A DNA stretch of 64,000 nt. Source: Tricharina praecox. Lineage: Eukaryota. The stretch is from assembly GCF_024521635.1 (NCBI RefSeq), contig NW_026250430.1, positions 310,001-374,000 of the forward strand, written 5' to 3'. Positions 34,769-49,382 of this stretch are shown here, one piece after another (within the stretch, counting starts at the first letter, position 1; the number at the start of each line of letters is the position of its first letter). A program made the translations under genes and the position numbers. The notes beneath the pieces were generated by a model. It had not been told where the DNA came from, did no database searches, and saw only the letters and a list, made by a program, of their open reading frames with translations.

Positions 34769-37030
34769 CCCTTCTTCCCCTCTGCTGCGCCTGGGGGAGA
34801 TGCAATATGATATAGGGTGATGTCGATTCAGCGTACGACTGTGTGTATGTATGTGTGTGCAGTGGAAGGTGGAGGGACGGGGGAGAGGGTTCTAGACGTC
34901 CTCAAGCTTCGATAGATATTGAGTTGCTCCGTCGATGGGGAATATTTCGAGACGCGGCCTGGTTGTTAGGACTGGCTGACTGCGAGTATTGCAGGTGGCA
35001 GGGCAAAGGTATTGTTTGTTTCTGCGATTCGAATATCTACCTAGGTATGCTAGAATCCTACGGGAACAATTGGCCCTTTATGAGTTCGACCGAGGACGTG
35101 ATACTAACCAACCAACCAACTATCACGGTCACATTGGCGGGCGGGCAACCGCTTGAACCTTGAGGCTTGCTCATCGAGATCAGAAGAAACCCGACGAACC
35201 CAATGATCGATCCCGCAAGCACCACCGCACGGCTACAGATGCCAATCCGTCTCGAATGGAGCATCGTGATTACCTCTGTATCCCTGAGCGTCGTAATGAC
35301 GACGAAACGATGACAGCCTTGAAATATCGGTGTTGCCAGAAGATCATCAAGGTGGGTGCGCGGGGCGTGGCGGGGCTGCCGAACCCGAATATCAATATGC
35401 CAAATAGTATGTAGAAACAGGGACACCGCTGACTTCATCATCATCCAGGTGCAAGGTACGTAGGCCTACAAAGCGGCCGTCGGACCCACAGTCTCGGTAA
35501 ACGACCCGGCACTCTGTTTTTTATTATTTACGTTTACTCCCGAGTTCTCTGCCTAATGCCGTTGAGTGGAAAGTGTTGCAGATCGGTGTCCAACGTCCAC
35601 CTAGACTACATAGCCTCTAGGTAGTCCGACTGTCCGACTGTCTGTCCGACTGTCTGTCCGAGCCCACAAGTCACAGCAACAACATCCTGATCCCACGTTG
35701 CACACCGCCGGTTGCGCCGATGTACACGAAACCATGTGAGGGGGGAGAGGGGTACGTAGGAATCTACGAAATGGGGAAAACGGCCCCGATACGGGGAACG
35801 GGGCGCAACCGTGGATGGGAAAGCTGACGACTCTGATGATTATTATGATATGGATTTGTGGGGGAAGGGGGTGAGGAGGGGGCAGCTGTTGACGAGCGGA
35901 ATCCAGAAAGATGAATCTGATCGAGATCCCGAATGATTGCAATTCGCCTCCTAGATCGCGATCGATTTCGTTTCGCATGCAGCGGGCCAGCCCAGCCGAG
36001 TGACGAGTCACCCCAAAATAGGTCAGTGGTCACAGTGTGGAGAATCTGGAGATGCATAGCGTACAGCTGAGAATCGAGATATATAAGTATTCCCCGGCGT
36101 GTGGCTTCACCATGTCTCAAGGTGCGCATCTTACTACCTACCTAGGTAGATGGGATAGGGCTCGCTGAACCGGGCCGCCCGCTCACATGATGAGGGTTTC
36201 TAATCGTCGTGGCGAAGAAGGCAAAGTATGTATGCACCTACATAGATGATAGTTAACAGCATTCACATGGGCCATGACACGTCAGTCGCCTTCCGCTCCG
36301 TCACCTTCCGTGCAAGTACTCCTCATCCTCAACCCCCTCGAGTAACAATTCCTGGACCGTAGTAACGTCAGCAACCGCAACGCCGAGGCCGTTGGACTCA
36401 CACGATACGATACGATACGATACGAGATAATCTCACATAATCACCCTGGACTCCTGGAGCGTGGGGGATATCGAGTGGGCTATATGTAGTCTTAGCTGGC
36501 GGGTGCGGAGGAGAAGTGCTGCTCTCAATCCCGCTGATTTTTCTTTGCCTACCGACAGTCCGCGGTCTGCATCGTGGCACGGTGGACTACGGTAGAAGTC
36601 TGCGACGCGGAAAATAGCTCCAGCTGGTTCCCAGCGGGACGTCGGTTTGGAGGTGGGGGGGTGGTGGAGACGGAAGGAAGGACGGAGGAGAGCGCGGGGG
36701 AGGGCGCCCACCGCACATCATATCCAGTACCTAAAGGAAGGAATTTAGGTAGGAATGTACATCACAGCGTATCATCAGTCCCCCCCCCCCCCCCATGGGC
36801 CAGCACTGCAACGGTAATTACCGGCGAGGCAGCACCACTTCCCTTCCTCCCGTACCAGCGCCCGCACAGTTCACAGTTCACACGTTCATCTTCATCTTCA
36901 CCTTCACCGCGAGCGCGACTCACTTCCGGGGTATACCATATATGTCAGGTAGGTGAGTATGTATGTTATGAGGTACATACATGCCCAAAGTACCGTAGTT
37001 CCCGCATCCCCATCCGCCCTGCTACATAAT

Positions 37031-37105
37031 CCGCGAACCCGCGAACCCGCGAACCAGCGAACCTGCGAACCTGCGAACCTGCGAACCTGCGAACCTGCGA
37101 ACCTG
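37031..37105. repeat. 8-bp tandem repeat (CYGCGAAC) x9
   Basis: ccgcgaac x3, cagcgaac, ctgcgaac x5. Confidence 0.9.
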
Positions 37106-38250
37106 TGATCCGCGCATGGTACAAGTCGCAAGCACACCTCCGGTAGTAGTTACGGTACGGTACGGCTGCACGCCGCCTCCGGGGTAATCATAAACCGAGC
37201 GAGCGCGGGCGGGCTGACGTCTGCCGTTCCCCCCATATGTACCCAGCTACCAGTGCCCATGTTCATCTCTATGCCTATGCCTCGCAGTGCCCATGCATAT
37301 CTCCATGCCCATGCAAATCTCCATGCCCATGCCCATGCCAATCCCTATGCATATGCCCATGCCCATCCCCACACTATCACTTCCAACTAGGTAGCCGCAA
37401 AATTAATCCACCGACCCCGCCGGAAAGAAGGATATCCAGAGTCCGAGTCCAGACTCGAACTGAACGGACTCAAACGGAATGGGAACGGACTCAAACGGAA
37501 CAGGAAGAGGAAAGGGCAAAAACCGAAAATAAAAGACAAGAAAATAAACGAAACAAAAAGCACGGTGTGTGTGTTCGTGATCGACGCCCACCAGCTATCC
37601 AGCCGTTGCCAGGCCACTGTAACCGAGCTGCCAAATTCAAACGTTCCGCACATCCGTTTCCTGGGGTACCTTACTACCTACATAAGTGCCCAAGTACTGA
37701 ACAAGTAGGTAACAGTGCGCCTTGCAGCAGGCAGGCGCCTGCAGGCTGCAGCCCTGCCGACCGACCGGCCGGCAAGTGGTTTCGACTCCCGAGTCTCGGT
37801 TGGACAACGACATCGAGAAAGTCTATATGGGGATTTAATATGGGAATTCGAGGATGCGGGGTATCTTTGCCTGCTTGCCTCATTGCTTGATTGCTTGATT
37901 GCTTGCCTCATTGCTTGCTTGCCTCATTGCTTGGTTGCAGATGATCTCGTCTGGCGGCTTGCCTAGAAAGCTTGCACCTGCACCTGCACCTAGGTACATA
38001 CCTCATACATACCTGCGGTTCCCGGATTGCGCGAGCTACATGAATAGAGCTACATGATGGAGCGGTGCCCTTGCGAGGGTGCAGCTGCATCCCTCTCCCG
38101 AATGGGGAGTTGGTCCCTGATCGATGAGATTCTGCGATTTGGGGTTTGGCACTGGGCCGCACAGTCGCAGCTTCACAGCTTTACAGCTTCACAGCGGCTC
38201 ACGCGGACTTTGTGCGAGTGATATATTATGCTTATCATATTTCCAGCTAG

Positions 38251-39325
38251 TTAATGGCAAGTATGACCACCTGTTTGCGATCGCATCAGCATCCTTATCC
38301 AAAACCCTCCATGCATACTGGGTTCACGTACCATCAACGACATAATCCGCGCCGGTGACATAACTGCTCGCCTGGCTGGCCAGAAATACATAGACCCCCT
38401 TAAGTTCCCAGACCTTGCAGAACCTTCCGGCAGGGCAGTCCTTGAGCCAGTTCCCGACCTGGTCCGGATACTTCTCGATCATGATGTCGTTCATCTCCGT
38501 GTCGATATAGCCGGGCGACACCGCGTTTACCTGGATGTTGTACTCGGCCCATTCCACAGCCAGCGCACGCGTCAGGTGGCATACCGCCGCCTTGGACGCG
38601 CTGTAGATCGACTCCCGTTGCGGTCGCAGGATCATGTGCCCGCTGGGGGGTATTAGAAAGGGGAGCGGGGAGGAGGGAGGAAAGGCGCGGGGCGGCTCAC
38701 TTAATCGATGCGGTGAAGATTATCTTCCCCGGTGTTCCGTTCGCTCTCATGACCCTATATCCCATTTCCATCAGCCAGGCATCCTCCCATCCCCACCCCC
38801 TCGCCCACCCCATCTAGACATACCTCGCCGCCGCCTGCGCAGTATACAGCGCGCCGAAGTAATTAACAGCGGTAACCTTCTGCGCCTCCTCAGGCGCCAT
38901 ATCGAGGGCCTTCGCGTCCGAATACAACCCCGCATTGACAACGACCACATCCAGCCTTCCAAACTCGGCAGCAACACGGTTCGTCGTGGTCTCGATCGCG
39001 ACCGGATCCGACACGTCGCACGCGTACACGGCGACTTCGGTGCTCGGCCATGCTGCACGTAGCTCGTCGGCTCGCGCCTCGGCGATGGAGGAGGTTTTGG
39101 ACGAGGAGTGGATGATGGCCAGGCCGGCTGCGCCGGCCTCTGCGTAGCCTTGCGCGATTGCGTAACCGATGCCGCTGGGGGGGAGGGGGTTAGCGAGTAC
39201 ACGCAGAGGGGAGGGAGGGAGGGGAGGATGTACCGGTTCCCGCCAGTGATTAGGCAGACTTTGCCCTGCAGCGAGAACATGGCCGATAATGGCGTGGACT
39301 CGGTGGGTGCGGTGTGGAGGGACAT
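38251..39325 (-). CDS. Short-chain dehydrogenase/reductase (mannitol dehydrogenase / L-xylulose reductase-like), 5 exons
   Basis: FSLQGKVCLITGGNR|GIG (TGxxxGxG), VVNAG, YSASK (YxxxK), VNAVSPGYIDT, ELKGVYVFLASQASSYVTGADYVVD|GGHTCH*. Confidence 0.93.
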
Positions 39326-42300
39326 CGTGTGGTGAGATCTTTCGGCTGGGATGGGAATGGATTGGTTTGGAGTTTGTGGCGTTGGTCCGTTTGCTTTCGT
39401 GCTCGGGGATGGGGATGCGGATGAGGATGGGGAGGAGGTGGAGCAGGTCGGGGAGGAGGAAGAGGGAGCAATGCAGTGATATGTCTTTCTTTAGTCTTAT
39501 CTAAGTTTACTATGACAGTCGTGTGGTCACGTGCGTCCGTTTTGGAATGTACGAACGTATGCAGGCAGGCAGGCAAGAAGATGAGGAGAAGAGGAGGAGG
39601 GGGAGGTGGATGAGCTGTGTGGTGGGGGGGCAAGCAATCAACAAAAGTTGCAGCTCGAGCTCGAGCTCGAGTAACTGTCCGCAGGCGTGACAGTGACAGG
39701 CCTGACAGTTCTGCCAGTCCAGCTAGTCCAGCCAGCCCTGCAGCTTCGGCCGTCCTGACCGCAATCCGTGGCCGGCCACGCCACGCCGCCCCGACACCCC
39801 GACACGATATACATGCATGGGTGTGAGCGTGGGAGTGTTCAGACGTTCGTCTGATCTGAAGGTCGCATCAACGATGACGCTCATGCGCTTGCCCTGTCAG
39901 TACGTTTTAGTCAGTAGTCTGTAAGGCGTCGCCGGCCAGCCAGCCAGCCAGCCAGACTTTTGCAAACGCTTTGGTTGGTTCGCCCGCGCTATTCCTCGCC
40001 ATTCCGCGCTATTCCGGGCGGTGGTGGGGTGGAGGGGTGGGAGTACACACTCCACTCACCATGATAGTCTACGCATGACGATGCTGCACCGACCGCACAT
40101 ATGATAGTACATACAGACGGACATACAGGACGATGCATAGCATAGCAGTGCAGGATCAGTGCAGTGATCAGTGATAGGATCGACGCTTCGACAGCTTCGA
40201 ACGCTTCGAAGCTGTCACTTTGACACGCTACTATACAGGCTACAGGCTATGTATGACAGGCTACCTACATACAGGCTAGTTAGTGACATACAGCTCTCGT
40301 GGCCTGGGAGACAAAAAGGCAAAAAGACAAAAGACAAAACGTCGCCGTCAGCTTCCAGGATACATAGGACAGGATAGGACAGGGCGGGCAAGGAAGGGCA
40401 AGGAAGGGCAAGGGCAAGGGCATGGGCATGGGCAAGGTTCTCCACCTCCACCTCACGTCTCGGTTGCAGCGGCTGCTCACTTCACAGCTCACAGCTCACT
40501 GCTGACTGCTGACTGCTCACCGATCGCCGCTCAAAGCACAAAACTTCACCGAGCACCGACCGCCGCTCAAATCACCACAGCTTCACCGAGCACCACCGAA
40601 GCGGATCTCGGTTGAGTCCATCCGTTTTCCTCTCTCCCCTTCGCCAGTTCGTCTCGCCTCGCCTCGCCTCGCCCCTGCCTGCGCACCCACCACCCACCAA
40701 TTGCTGCAAACGCCGAATCTTTGTCGATGCAGGGATTTTTCTTTTTTTCTTTTTCCTTTTTCTTTTTTGGACTTGCTTTTTCCACCGTTCATCCCTGGTG
40801 AACTTTCTTTCCTTTTCTGACGTCGCCATGCAGTACACTGCAGCGTATCTTATCGAGCCCACGCACGCAACGCACGCACACAAAAGCCTAAAAAAAAACT
40901 GGTGGGAAGGTGGGGTATAGGATCGCTGCTATAGGGATTACTGCTGGTGCTGGTGGGTGCTGGTGCGGTGGGTGGTGGTGGGTGGTGGGGCTGACTGCGA
41001 GTTCGGATGGAAGGCAAGTCAGCGGCGAGTTACTACTAATCCTACCAGTAGTCCAGTCAGTAGAGTAGAATAGTGGTAGTGGGGCGAATCGAATCGATTG
41101 CACGCGACGACGATGCTGCAATAGTTACTGCATGGCGCGCGGGGTGTACGAGAGTACGAGACTCGAGAGTGTCGTCGTGAATGGATCGGCCGAGGCTTCC
41201 GTGCTAGCTAGCTAGCTAGCTGACTACTACTCTACGATACATACGTGGTTGGCACGCGTAGAGTACTGTACTGTAGCTATATACGTGCGCCTCGGATCAG
41301 CTCTTGCCGTTCGAACTTCGGAGGGTGGCTGCCGGAGGTGGACGGTGGTGGTGATCGTGGGAGGCGGAGGTAGGGGGAGGAGTGCTCACTATTCAATGCT
41401 CACTGCTGTAGGTTGTAGGTTGTAGGTTGTAGGTTGGAGTGCGGTCTGCGGTCTGCGGTCTGTGGTGTGCGGTGTGCGGTGTGCCCGCGCCGCTGAGTCG
41501 CTGTCTGTGAGCTGTCTGTAGAGTAGAAAGTTACATACCGCACTCTACGATCGATGCGTGTAGAGTAGGGTGGCGCGCAGCAAGGCTCGCGGCGTGGTGC
41601 GGAGTCGGCGGCGAGAGGGAGGCGTGCCGCGTGCAATCGGACTGTCGAGTGACGACTCCAGAGTCTCGAGTCTCGAGCGGCCTCCTGCGCAGTGCGCGTA
41701 GTTCGGTAGCTGGAGTGATTACTTGTCACATACTGTGGAGGCTCGGTGGCCGGAGCGATCACTCATCATACCGTAGTAGGCTATAGCTACAGACGGCGAA
41801 GGAGCGCGGCTACATTGCAGCCCCGCCCAGTGCCCACTACCCAGTGCCCAATGCTTCGGTTCGTGCCCACTGCTTTCCGCCCGTCTCCATCTCCGTCGCC
41901 CCCGCCCTCGCCCGCCCGTCCTCGTAACTCACCTATACCTCCACTCGTACCGCTATGCGCGCAACACGACGAGCGACGAGCGGCTGCCACGCAACACAGC
42001 CCATGGTCCGCAGACCGCGCAACAACCTCACCCACCCATCCAAAGCCCGAAACCCAAATCCCAAACTCCGAAGGCTGACAGACAGTGACACGCCTCCATG
42101 CTGGCCCTGCTGGCTGGGTGGCCATGGATCTGTGGCAAACCTAGTATATAGCAGCCAGCAGCTGCATAGAGCAAGGATGCGTGTACGAGTATCTTGGAGA
42201 GCGATTGTTGTCGGTCGATGCACGCATGGGCATGGGCGTGGGCATGGGTGAGGATCAACAGAAAGAAAAGGAAAAGAGAAAAAAGCAAAGGGTAGATCAT

Positions 42301-43011
42301 TTGGGGGGTGTGGGGTGGAGTATCGACAACAAGAGAGACAGAGAGAGTGTGTGTGTGTATGTGTGAGAGAGAGTGGGAGAGAGAGTGGCAGGGCAGAGGG
42401 ATGTTGCGATCGGGGTGTTGCGATCGGGATTCGGGGTTCGGGATTCGGGATAGTCGGAGCACGGAAATCGGCTTCTTTGTTGGCGGAGGGCCTCGAAGAT
42501 TGAATGCGGGGCTTCATTGCCGAGCTCATATGTAGCCTGTAGTCGCCCCGCTCGGCGGCGGCAATTCTCAGCCGCCGTCACAGCAAGCAAAAAATCGACT
42601 TCAAGTAGTAAAATCAGATTCAACTGTGTACAACGAGCACCTCTCGGCCCCTCACCGGCCACCGCCAGTCGTACCGTCCCGTACCCGACCCGTACCAAAC
42701 AAAAGAAAGAAAAGCAAAAGCAAAAGCAAATCGCACCAAATCGCACCAAATCGCAATCCACAAAAGACCGGCCATAGATATCGAACACGAGCACAAGCAC
42801 AAACACAAACACAAATCCATCCCAAGGTTACAAAAACGAAAGAGAGAAAGAAGAGGAAACAGCCACAGAAACAGAAACAGAAACAGAAGGAAACCTAGAG
42901 TCACAGAAAAAAGAAAGAAGAAAAGAAAAGAAAGCAAAACAAACGCCTTTATCCCGAGAGCGACGACATCATGTACAGGCAGGAAGGGGGCCTCTTCGAG
43001 CCGAGGCTTAG

Positions 43012-44262
43012 TTACTCCTGGCTCTCGGGCTCCTCAATGTCGCCGACGCAGATGGGCTTCTCGCACATGCTGGCGAGGCGGAACATATGTCGCTCCTTCT
43101 CGTAGACGCCATCGTAGTCGACAGTGGCGGTATCTGGATTTTGCATCAGCTTTCTATCCCCTACTCCTTCCTCTAGCGGGAATGAAAACTCACGGCAAGT
43201 GCTCCTATTATCGAACATGACGACGGTCCTTGGCTTCCACTGGAGACGGACCTGGAAGTCGTGGCCGCGCGAGATGTGGTCCATGAGGTACTTGAGCAGC
43301 CACTCGGTCTCGCTCTGCTTCCAGCCCTGGATGCCGGTGATCCACTCGTCGTTGACGAACAGCGACTTCTCGCCCGTCACCGGATGCACCCGCACGATCG
43401 GGTGCAGCGACTTGACCGGGTCCTTGCGGCACAGTCCGCCGTTGTTGCGCGCGAAGTCGCAGATCCGCTGCGATGAGTGTGTTGCCTTCAGGCCGTCGAG
43501 CATCTCGCGGAAGCCGGGGGAGAGGCGTCTAGACGGGGTGTTAGTGAAAAGTAAAGGTAATGGGGAGGGGGGAATGTACTTGTAAGCCTCGGTCATGCTA
43601 GCAACGACGGTATCGCCTCCGACCTCTGGGCACTGCAGCATGCACAGGAGGACGTAACCCGGAGGCTGGCGCTCGTAGGAGACGTCGTGGTGCCAGATGT
43701 TCGCGGTCGACTTCTGCTCGAAGAAGCGCTCAATCTCGGCCTGGTTGCCGTCGCGGTAGATGATGTGGAACCCGGGGTAGCCGGGGATGGCGCCGGTGAC
43801 GGGCTGGTAGTGGCGCTTGCCGAAGTAGTCGCTGAAGTTCTGCTGCGCCTCGGGGCCGATGTCGGCAAAGTCCTGGTCGCGGAGGACCACCACCTTGCGC
43901 TCGCTGATGAGCAGCGCGAGCTCGTCGCGCTGCTGCGATGTGAGCGTGGAGAGCTGTACGCCTTGCAGCTCAGTGCCCATCTTGGGCGAGATGTCGGTTG
44001 CCGTCACCGAGGGTGTCAGAAGCGCCCGCTTCTTGGGGTCCGCCCGCAGCGCGGGGTCGTCGTATGTGAACGGCTGGATCGGTGGGAAGGACACTTCCTC
44101 CCATGCCGGAAGGTACTCCGGGTATGGCGTTGCCGGCTGCTTGGTAAAGTTGCCCGACTTCTTGTAGGGGACGTTGATGTCGTAGACTTCTCCATCGTCA
44201 CTGGCTACCGAGGAGGCGGAGGACGAGAGGGGAGGGGACGGGGGAGACACATGGGGAGCCAT
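43012..44262 (-). CDS. TauD/TfdA-family Fe(II)/2-oxoglutarate dioxygenase (sulfonate dioxygenase, Jlp1-like), 3 exons
   Basis: WHHDVSYERQPPG (HxD), GGDT, HPIVRVHPVTGEKSLFVN, FDNRST..H; two in-frame introns are read through in the ORF track; start at MAPHVSPP. Confidence 0.93.
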   Translation of the reverse strand: MAPHVSPPSPPLSSSASSVASDDGEVYDINVPYKKSGNFTKQPATPYPEYLPAWEEVSFPPIQPFTYDDPALRADPKKRALLTPSVTATDISPKMGTELQGVQLSTLTSQQRDELALLISERKVVVLRDQDFADIGPEAQQNFSDYFGKRHYQPVTGAIPGYPGFHIIYRDGNQAEIERFFEQKSTANIWHHDVSYERQPPGYVLLCMLQCPEVGGDTVVASMTEAYKYIPPSPLPLLFTNTPSRRLSPGFREMLDGLKATHSSQRICDFARNNGGLCRKDPVKSLHPIVRVHPVTGEKSLFVNDEWITGIQGWKQSETEWLLKYLMDHISRGHDFQVRLQWKPRTVVMFDNRSTCREFSFPLEEGVGDRKLMQNPDTATVDYDGVYEKERHMFRLASMCEKPICVGDIEEPESQE

Positions 44263-47200
44263 TGTGAATTGTGGAAGAGGATTGGACTGTGATCGAGGGA
44301 TTAGGATTGGGATTGGGATTGGGGGATTGAGGTCTGGTCTGGATACTGCAGGCTGTATTCGCTGATGTTGAAGATGTTGATGTTGATGGGGTGAGATAGT
44401 AGCTTCCAACCAGGAGGAGATGGTGGGTATAAATACTCGAATCTCGAGCTGAGCTTTGGGGGAGCCATGTACTATACAATACAAACAGCGTAGTGGGTGG
44501 GGTGGTAGGGATTTGGGATTGGGGAGTCTGGCCCGCCTCGGAAGCCCGCAACCGCAAACACGATAGAGTACTCTACTCTACTCTACTGTACTCTGTCGCA
44601 GCGAGAGAGACATCGCGCGTGCCTAGTTAGTTAGTAGTGGGTATAGTTGTCGTCATTGACATGTACCTCGTCTGCTGGCGAACTTCGCAACCGCTTCTGC
44701 TGAACCGGGGGTGGGTTGTGCGTGGCCAGGGCTCTCTGCTCGGTCTTGCAAACCACCCACCTTACCACCACGCGCTGCAGGCAAAGGCATTAATGCTGCA
44801 GCATCAGCTCCTGCGCCTGCGATTGGGCATAAAATCGGACCCGACGCCTTGGTTCCGGTAGGTTGCCATCAAGGGAAGGAAGGAAAATATTTACTTAGTA
44901 CAGTAAGTACCGTACTTGGTACTCACCACACAGCCAGGAGAGAAAGGGAAAAAAAAGGAAGAAAAAAAAGGAAAAGTCCCGCCCCAGCTACTGCAATCCG
45001 GTCAGTTCTACAGCAGCAAGGCCAGCTGTTGGAGGGTGGAGTGAAACACAAGGTGAGAGGCAGCTTCACGCACGGACGAACCACTACTACATCCTACCAC
45101 TAACCACTACTACATCCTACCACTAACCACTACTACTACTGCTACTAACTACTACTGACAGCTCCACCGTTCGTCCAGTCAGGAACAAGTATGTACGTAC
45201 ATACATGGGCACCGCGATAAGTATCAATGTTTCTATTGCTGCCCGCGTTTCGTCTGGGAGTGAGACTGAGTGGGGGAAAAGCGGGGCATCGTGAGATGAA
45301 AGCCTGAAAGGTCGACACGGCACATATCCTATCCTATCCTCCTTACACATACACACGCATAGGTACGGTAGGTATCCTATCATCCCCACACCCACCCACA
45401 CATCCACAACGAATCGACACCGGCACCGAAACGACACATACGCAATCAATCCCCACACGGAGTCCGATCCGCGGCGGCAACAATGATCTTGATATGCGAG
45501 CCTGCACGCCGCACGCAGCAACGTCAGACAGCCGGGTGTTGGATACGAGAGGAAACAAAAACAGCCGCGCTGGGTATCAATTGGCTGGCCCGAGAGCTAG
45601 TTTTCCACTGCTACTACCAAGAGTTCTCACATTCTCACAAACTCACATACTTTGCCTTAGCTACCCAGTTTGAGCAGTCCGGTGAGCGCTGCATACCGAC
45701 CGACCGACTGAGCTCTACATCCGTGCCTAGCTAGAGTAGAGTAGAGTAGAGTTCGACCCACGGCACATGAATCCATCCATCCATCCATCATCGCAAGGCT
45801 TTAGATTTGCGGTGTAGAGTACATGTACGCCCGAGTGGAAGCAGTAGGTAGGTACTGGGTAGGTACTAGGCGTGTAGGTAGATCTTTGTCGATTGCACCG
45901 TACTCCCGAACCAGAGACAGAGGCAAGAACAGCAGCTACATACCTGAATGCCTACGGAACCTACGGAGTTAACCACACACCGGTAGGGAATGGCGATCCG
46001 ATTCCGATTACACCGACCGCAAGACCGAGGTCGAGTCGAGGCGAGGCGGCAGTGTCGAGATAGTAGTTAGTTGGCAGAGTCAAGACTCAAGACAGCAATT
46101 GGGCGGGGCGGGGCGGGGGAAACGAGGTAGAGTAACAATTGCTTATTGTTTCGGATCTACGTTTCGAGCATTCGCCTTATGGATAGGATTATTAGATAGA
46201 CGCGAAGCAGCTCGCCGGGCGGATCCATGCTAGCTACTAATTAGTAGCATAGCTGGGGCTTCTTTCTCCCCTCGATCCACGCTAGCTACTCCCCTCCCTG
46301 AGTCCCCTCCCCCCACGTCCGTGGGTATCCATCCAGGAACATCACCAATGCCGGTTCAGCTATTGTACTAACCAGTACGAGACAACCAACTATGGCGTAT
46401 GAAACTTCTGCGTCGCCGTCGGAGGAGGAGGCACGACGACAGCCAGAGAGGCAGACAGGCGCCGCCCCAGTGCCGCAGTGCGTGCCCCACGTCCCAGGCA
46501 GGAGCGGACGAACGAGCGAACGGACGAACACGACACCAACGCCTAACTAGAGTCTATGTAGGATTCGTGTCGTGTCGTCCGTCCCCGCCTCCGTAGAGTA
46601 CCTCCCTCCCCACCTTAGCTACCGTACTCTACGTCTCAGTCAAGTCAAGTCAAGTCAAGTCCAAGTCCCCTCAACTCCGGTCCGGCCACTGGCCAGTTGT
46701 TTGCTCGCGAGAGGCCGAGAAAAAAACTAAAAAACCAAAAAAGAAAAGAAAAGAAAAGAAAAAAAGCGCGCATCCGTAACCGGAAAGGCGCGCGCGCGCG
46801 GGCTGGCTGGCTGGCTGGCTGGCAAACAAACGTCAGTGACGAAGAGGAAGATCAAGCGCGATCCCCCCGCTCCATCCCCGGAACGTACGGACGGAGGCGG
46901 GGACAGTGGGAGTGACAGCTCGCTCTGCCTCCGACGTCCCCGTGCAGTCCAGTGCAGTCCAGTCCAGTGCACGATGAATATTTTTGTGCTGTTGTTGCGG
47001 TCGTCGTTTAGTTTTTTCGTCTCTAGGGCTGCGGCGGTGATTGGCGGGAGAGAGAGCGTCGGAGACTCGGAGTCGCTTGCTGCTGGCCAAACACATTGAC
47101 TTCGAGTTTCGAGTTACGTTTCCCCGCCAGTTCGGTGGCAGCCCGCACGCAGCCCGCAGCCCAGAAATCTCTTACCACTGACTTCCCACGCGCGCGCGCA

Positions 47201-49327
47201 TACGAGAAAGAAAAGGAATATGAAAAAAAGCAGTACACAGAGTACGGTCCCCGGATGCTTCGTGCGTGCGTGCGTGCGTCGTGTGTGCGTGCCATCTCAT
47301 CCCAATCCCACGTAGAGACCACGCTGTTGATGTTGCTGTTGCTATTGCTGGTGGTATTGCTGTCGCTATTGCTGTTGCTATTGCTGGTGATATTGCTGTT
47401 GCTATTGCTGTTGCTTTTACTGTCGTTTTTGGCTCGGTCGGTCGTGGTTACCCCAAACCTAAACCCAAACCCAAGTCCCAAAGACCGAACGGAAACGAAA
47501 AGAGAAAAAGAGAACACCCACCACTTGACTTCACTGAATCTCACTCGCCAGCCCAGCCCAGTAGCAGCGGCCGCACGCATTGGCATTGGCATTGGCATTG
47601 ACGATTGATGATTGATCGGCTCTCTTGCCAACTTCCGGCGTGTAAGTATGCAAGTCACTGTAAGTAGCTATATGTAGCTGTACATAGCTCTCTCTGTCTT
47701 GTCTTTTCATCCCCCCCCCCCCCCCCCCCCCCACACACACACCCACAAGGCAAATCATGATTGCACTTGCATGCGTTCAGTTCGCCGCAAGTTAACGACA
47801 GAGTCGTCGGAGTGTGATCCCGCTGTGCTGTGCCCTGCTGTGCTGTATTATGGAGTGCTGTGGAGCTCGAGCTCGGTCAGCTCGATCCGGGAAGTCCACA
47901 CCGGTGGACATGTGTGTGCGGTGTGCGGGGGGAGGGGGGGGAGGTACTCTGCGTAGGGTTCAGGTACTCTACTCTAGGAGGTATTGCTGGATGTTGATGT
48001 CGCACCTGACGTCTGTCTCGTCTCAATTCCCTCCGTTCTCCATTCAGAATACCAGGTACCTAGAGTAGGTAGGGCAGGTAGAGTAGGCACGAAAGCAATC
48101 CCGATACCGGTGGTAGAGTACGTAGCGCGGCCGAGAGAACTCAGAAAGAGAGAGAGAGAGAAGTTCTCCAGCGATCGTAAGCAAAGCAAAGGCGGGCAGT
48201 ATGCAGGCAGGCAGGTTAGCCCGGCGCTAAAAGGACTTGCCTGATTGTTCACTAGGTATCTACCCCGATATCATATGTAGGCTCTGGAGGGCTTCCAGGC
48301 TTCGAGGCTTCAACGCAGGCATTGCCGGTCGGCGGTGATCCACTGCTGGGGAGTGCGGCTGCACATCAATCTGTCCCCGACGACAGACAGACATCTACAC
48401 ACGTACGGACACAGATTGCACAGCTTCCACACATGTCTGTACTCTACATACATCTTACCGGTACTGTACTCTACTCTACTCTAGAGTACCGCAACCGTAT
48501 GATGTATCCGACAGCGGCTGTAACCAGTATCTGGAGTATCTACACCGCAGTACCATCGGCGCTGCACGACGCGACGCGACATTGTGGGCACAGGCTCAGT
48601 CGAGCTCAGGGCACGTCCATGCATACATGCATACATGCATACCAGTACACATGCTTCGGCCCCAAGCTTTGTCTGGCAGGCCAGAGGCAAACGACAAACG
48701 GCGGAGTTGGAGACGCTCAGGGGTGGGGAGTAGGGGTTAGCTATGCGATCTGCTAGGCACTACTTGGCCACCTTATCGCACTGCGCTGCAGTGCATTGGC
48801 GTTCCGTGTATGTATGATGCATGTACTGATGTACTGATGTATGTATCGGTAATCATGAGCGACACTATCGCTTCGATCACGGCCCCGGCATGTAGTACGT
48901 TTGAATGTATGGATGTATGTAGCATACATGCTCACCGCCGCCGCTGCGGACATATCATTATGTAGGCGGGTATGATGGATAGATGTGTCGATACCCACAT
49001 TCATGCGATCTGCAGCCAGCGATCATGCAGCGATCCCCTTTACCGTCCGGCGTCCGGCGCGGAGCGGCGCAATGGCGCACGAGTAAGTGAGTGAGAGAGT
49101 CGCCGGTGGGTGCGTGGGTGCGGGACAGCAAAGAGCCGACGAACGAACGGACCGTCCCCGCGCTTCCGAGGATTGCATGAACTCACAACGAAGTACTTAG
49201 ACGCAAGCAGAGCTCACCGCATACCATAACCGACGACGACGACGACGACGACAGCGACGGCACAAAGCGAAGCGAGACAGAGCAAACAAACATCGACCGA
49301 CGACAGCTCCTCCCCTAGGCCAGCCGC

Positions 49328-49382
49328 AGACAAGACAAGACAAGACAAGACAAGACAAGACAAGACAAGACAAGACAAGACA
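49328..49382. repeat. (CAAGA)n microsatellite, ~11 units
   Basis: Perfect pentanucleotide run; one of many SSRs in 35.6-55 kb. Confidence 0.95.
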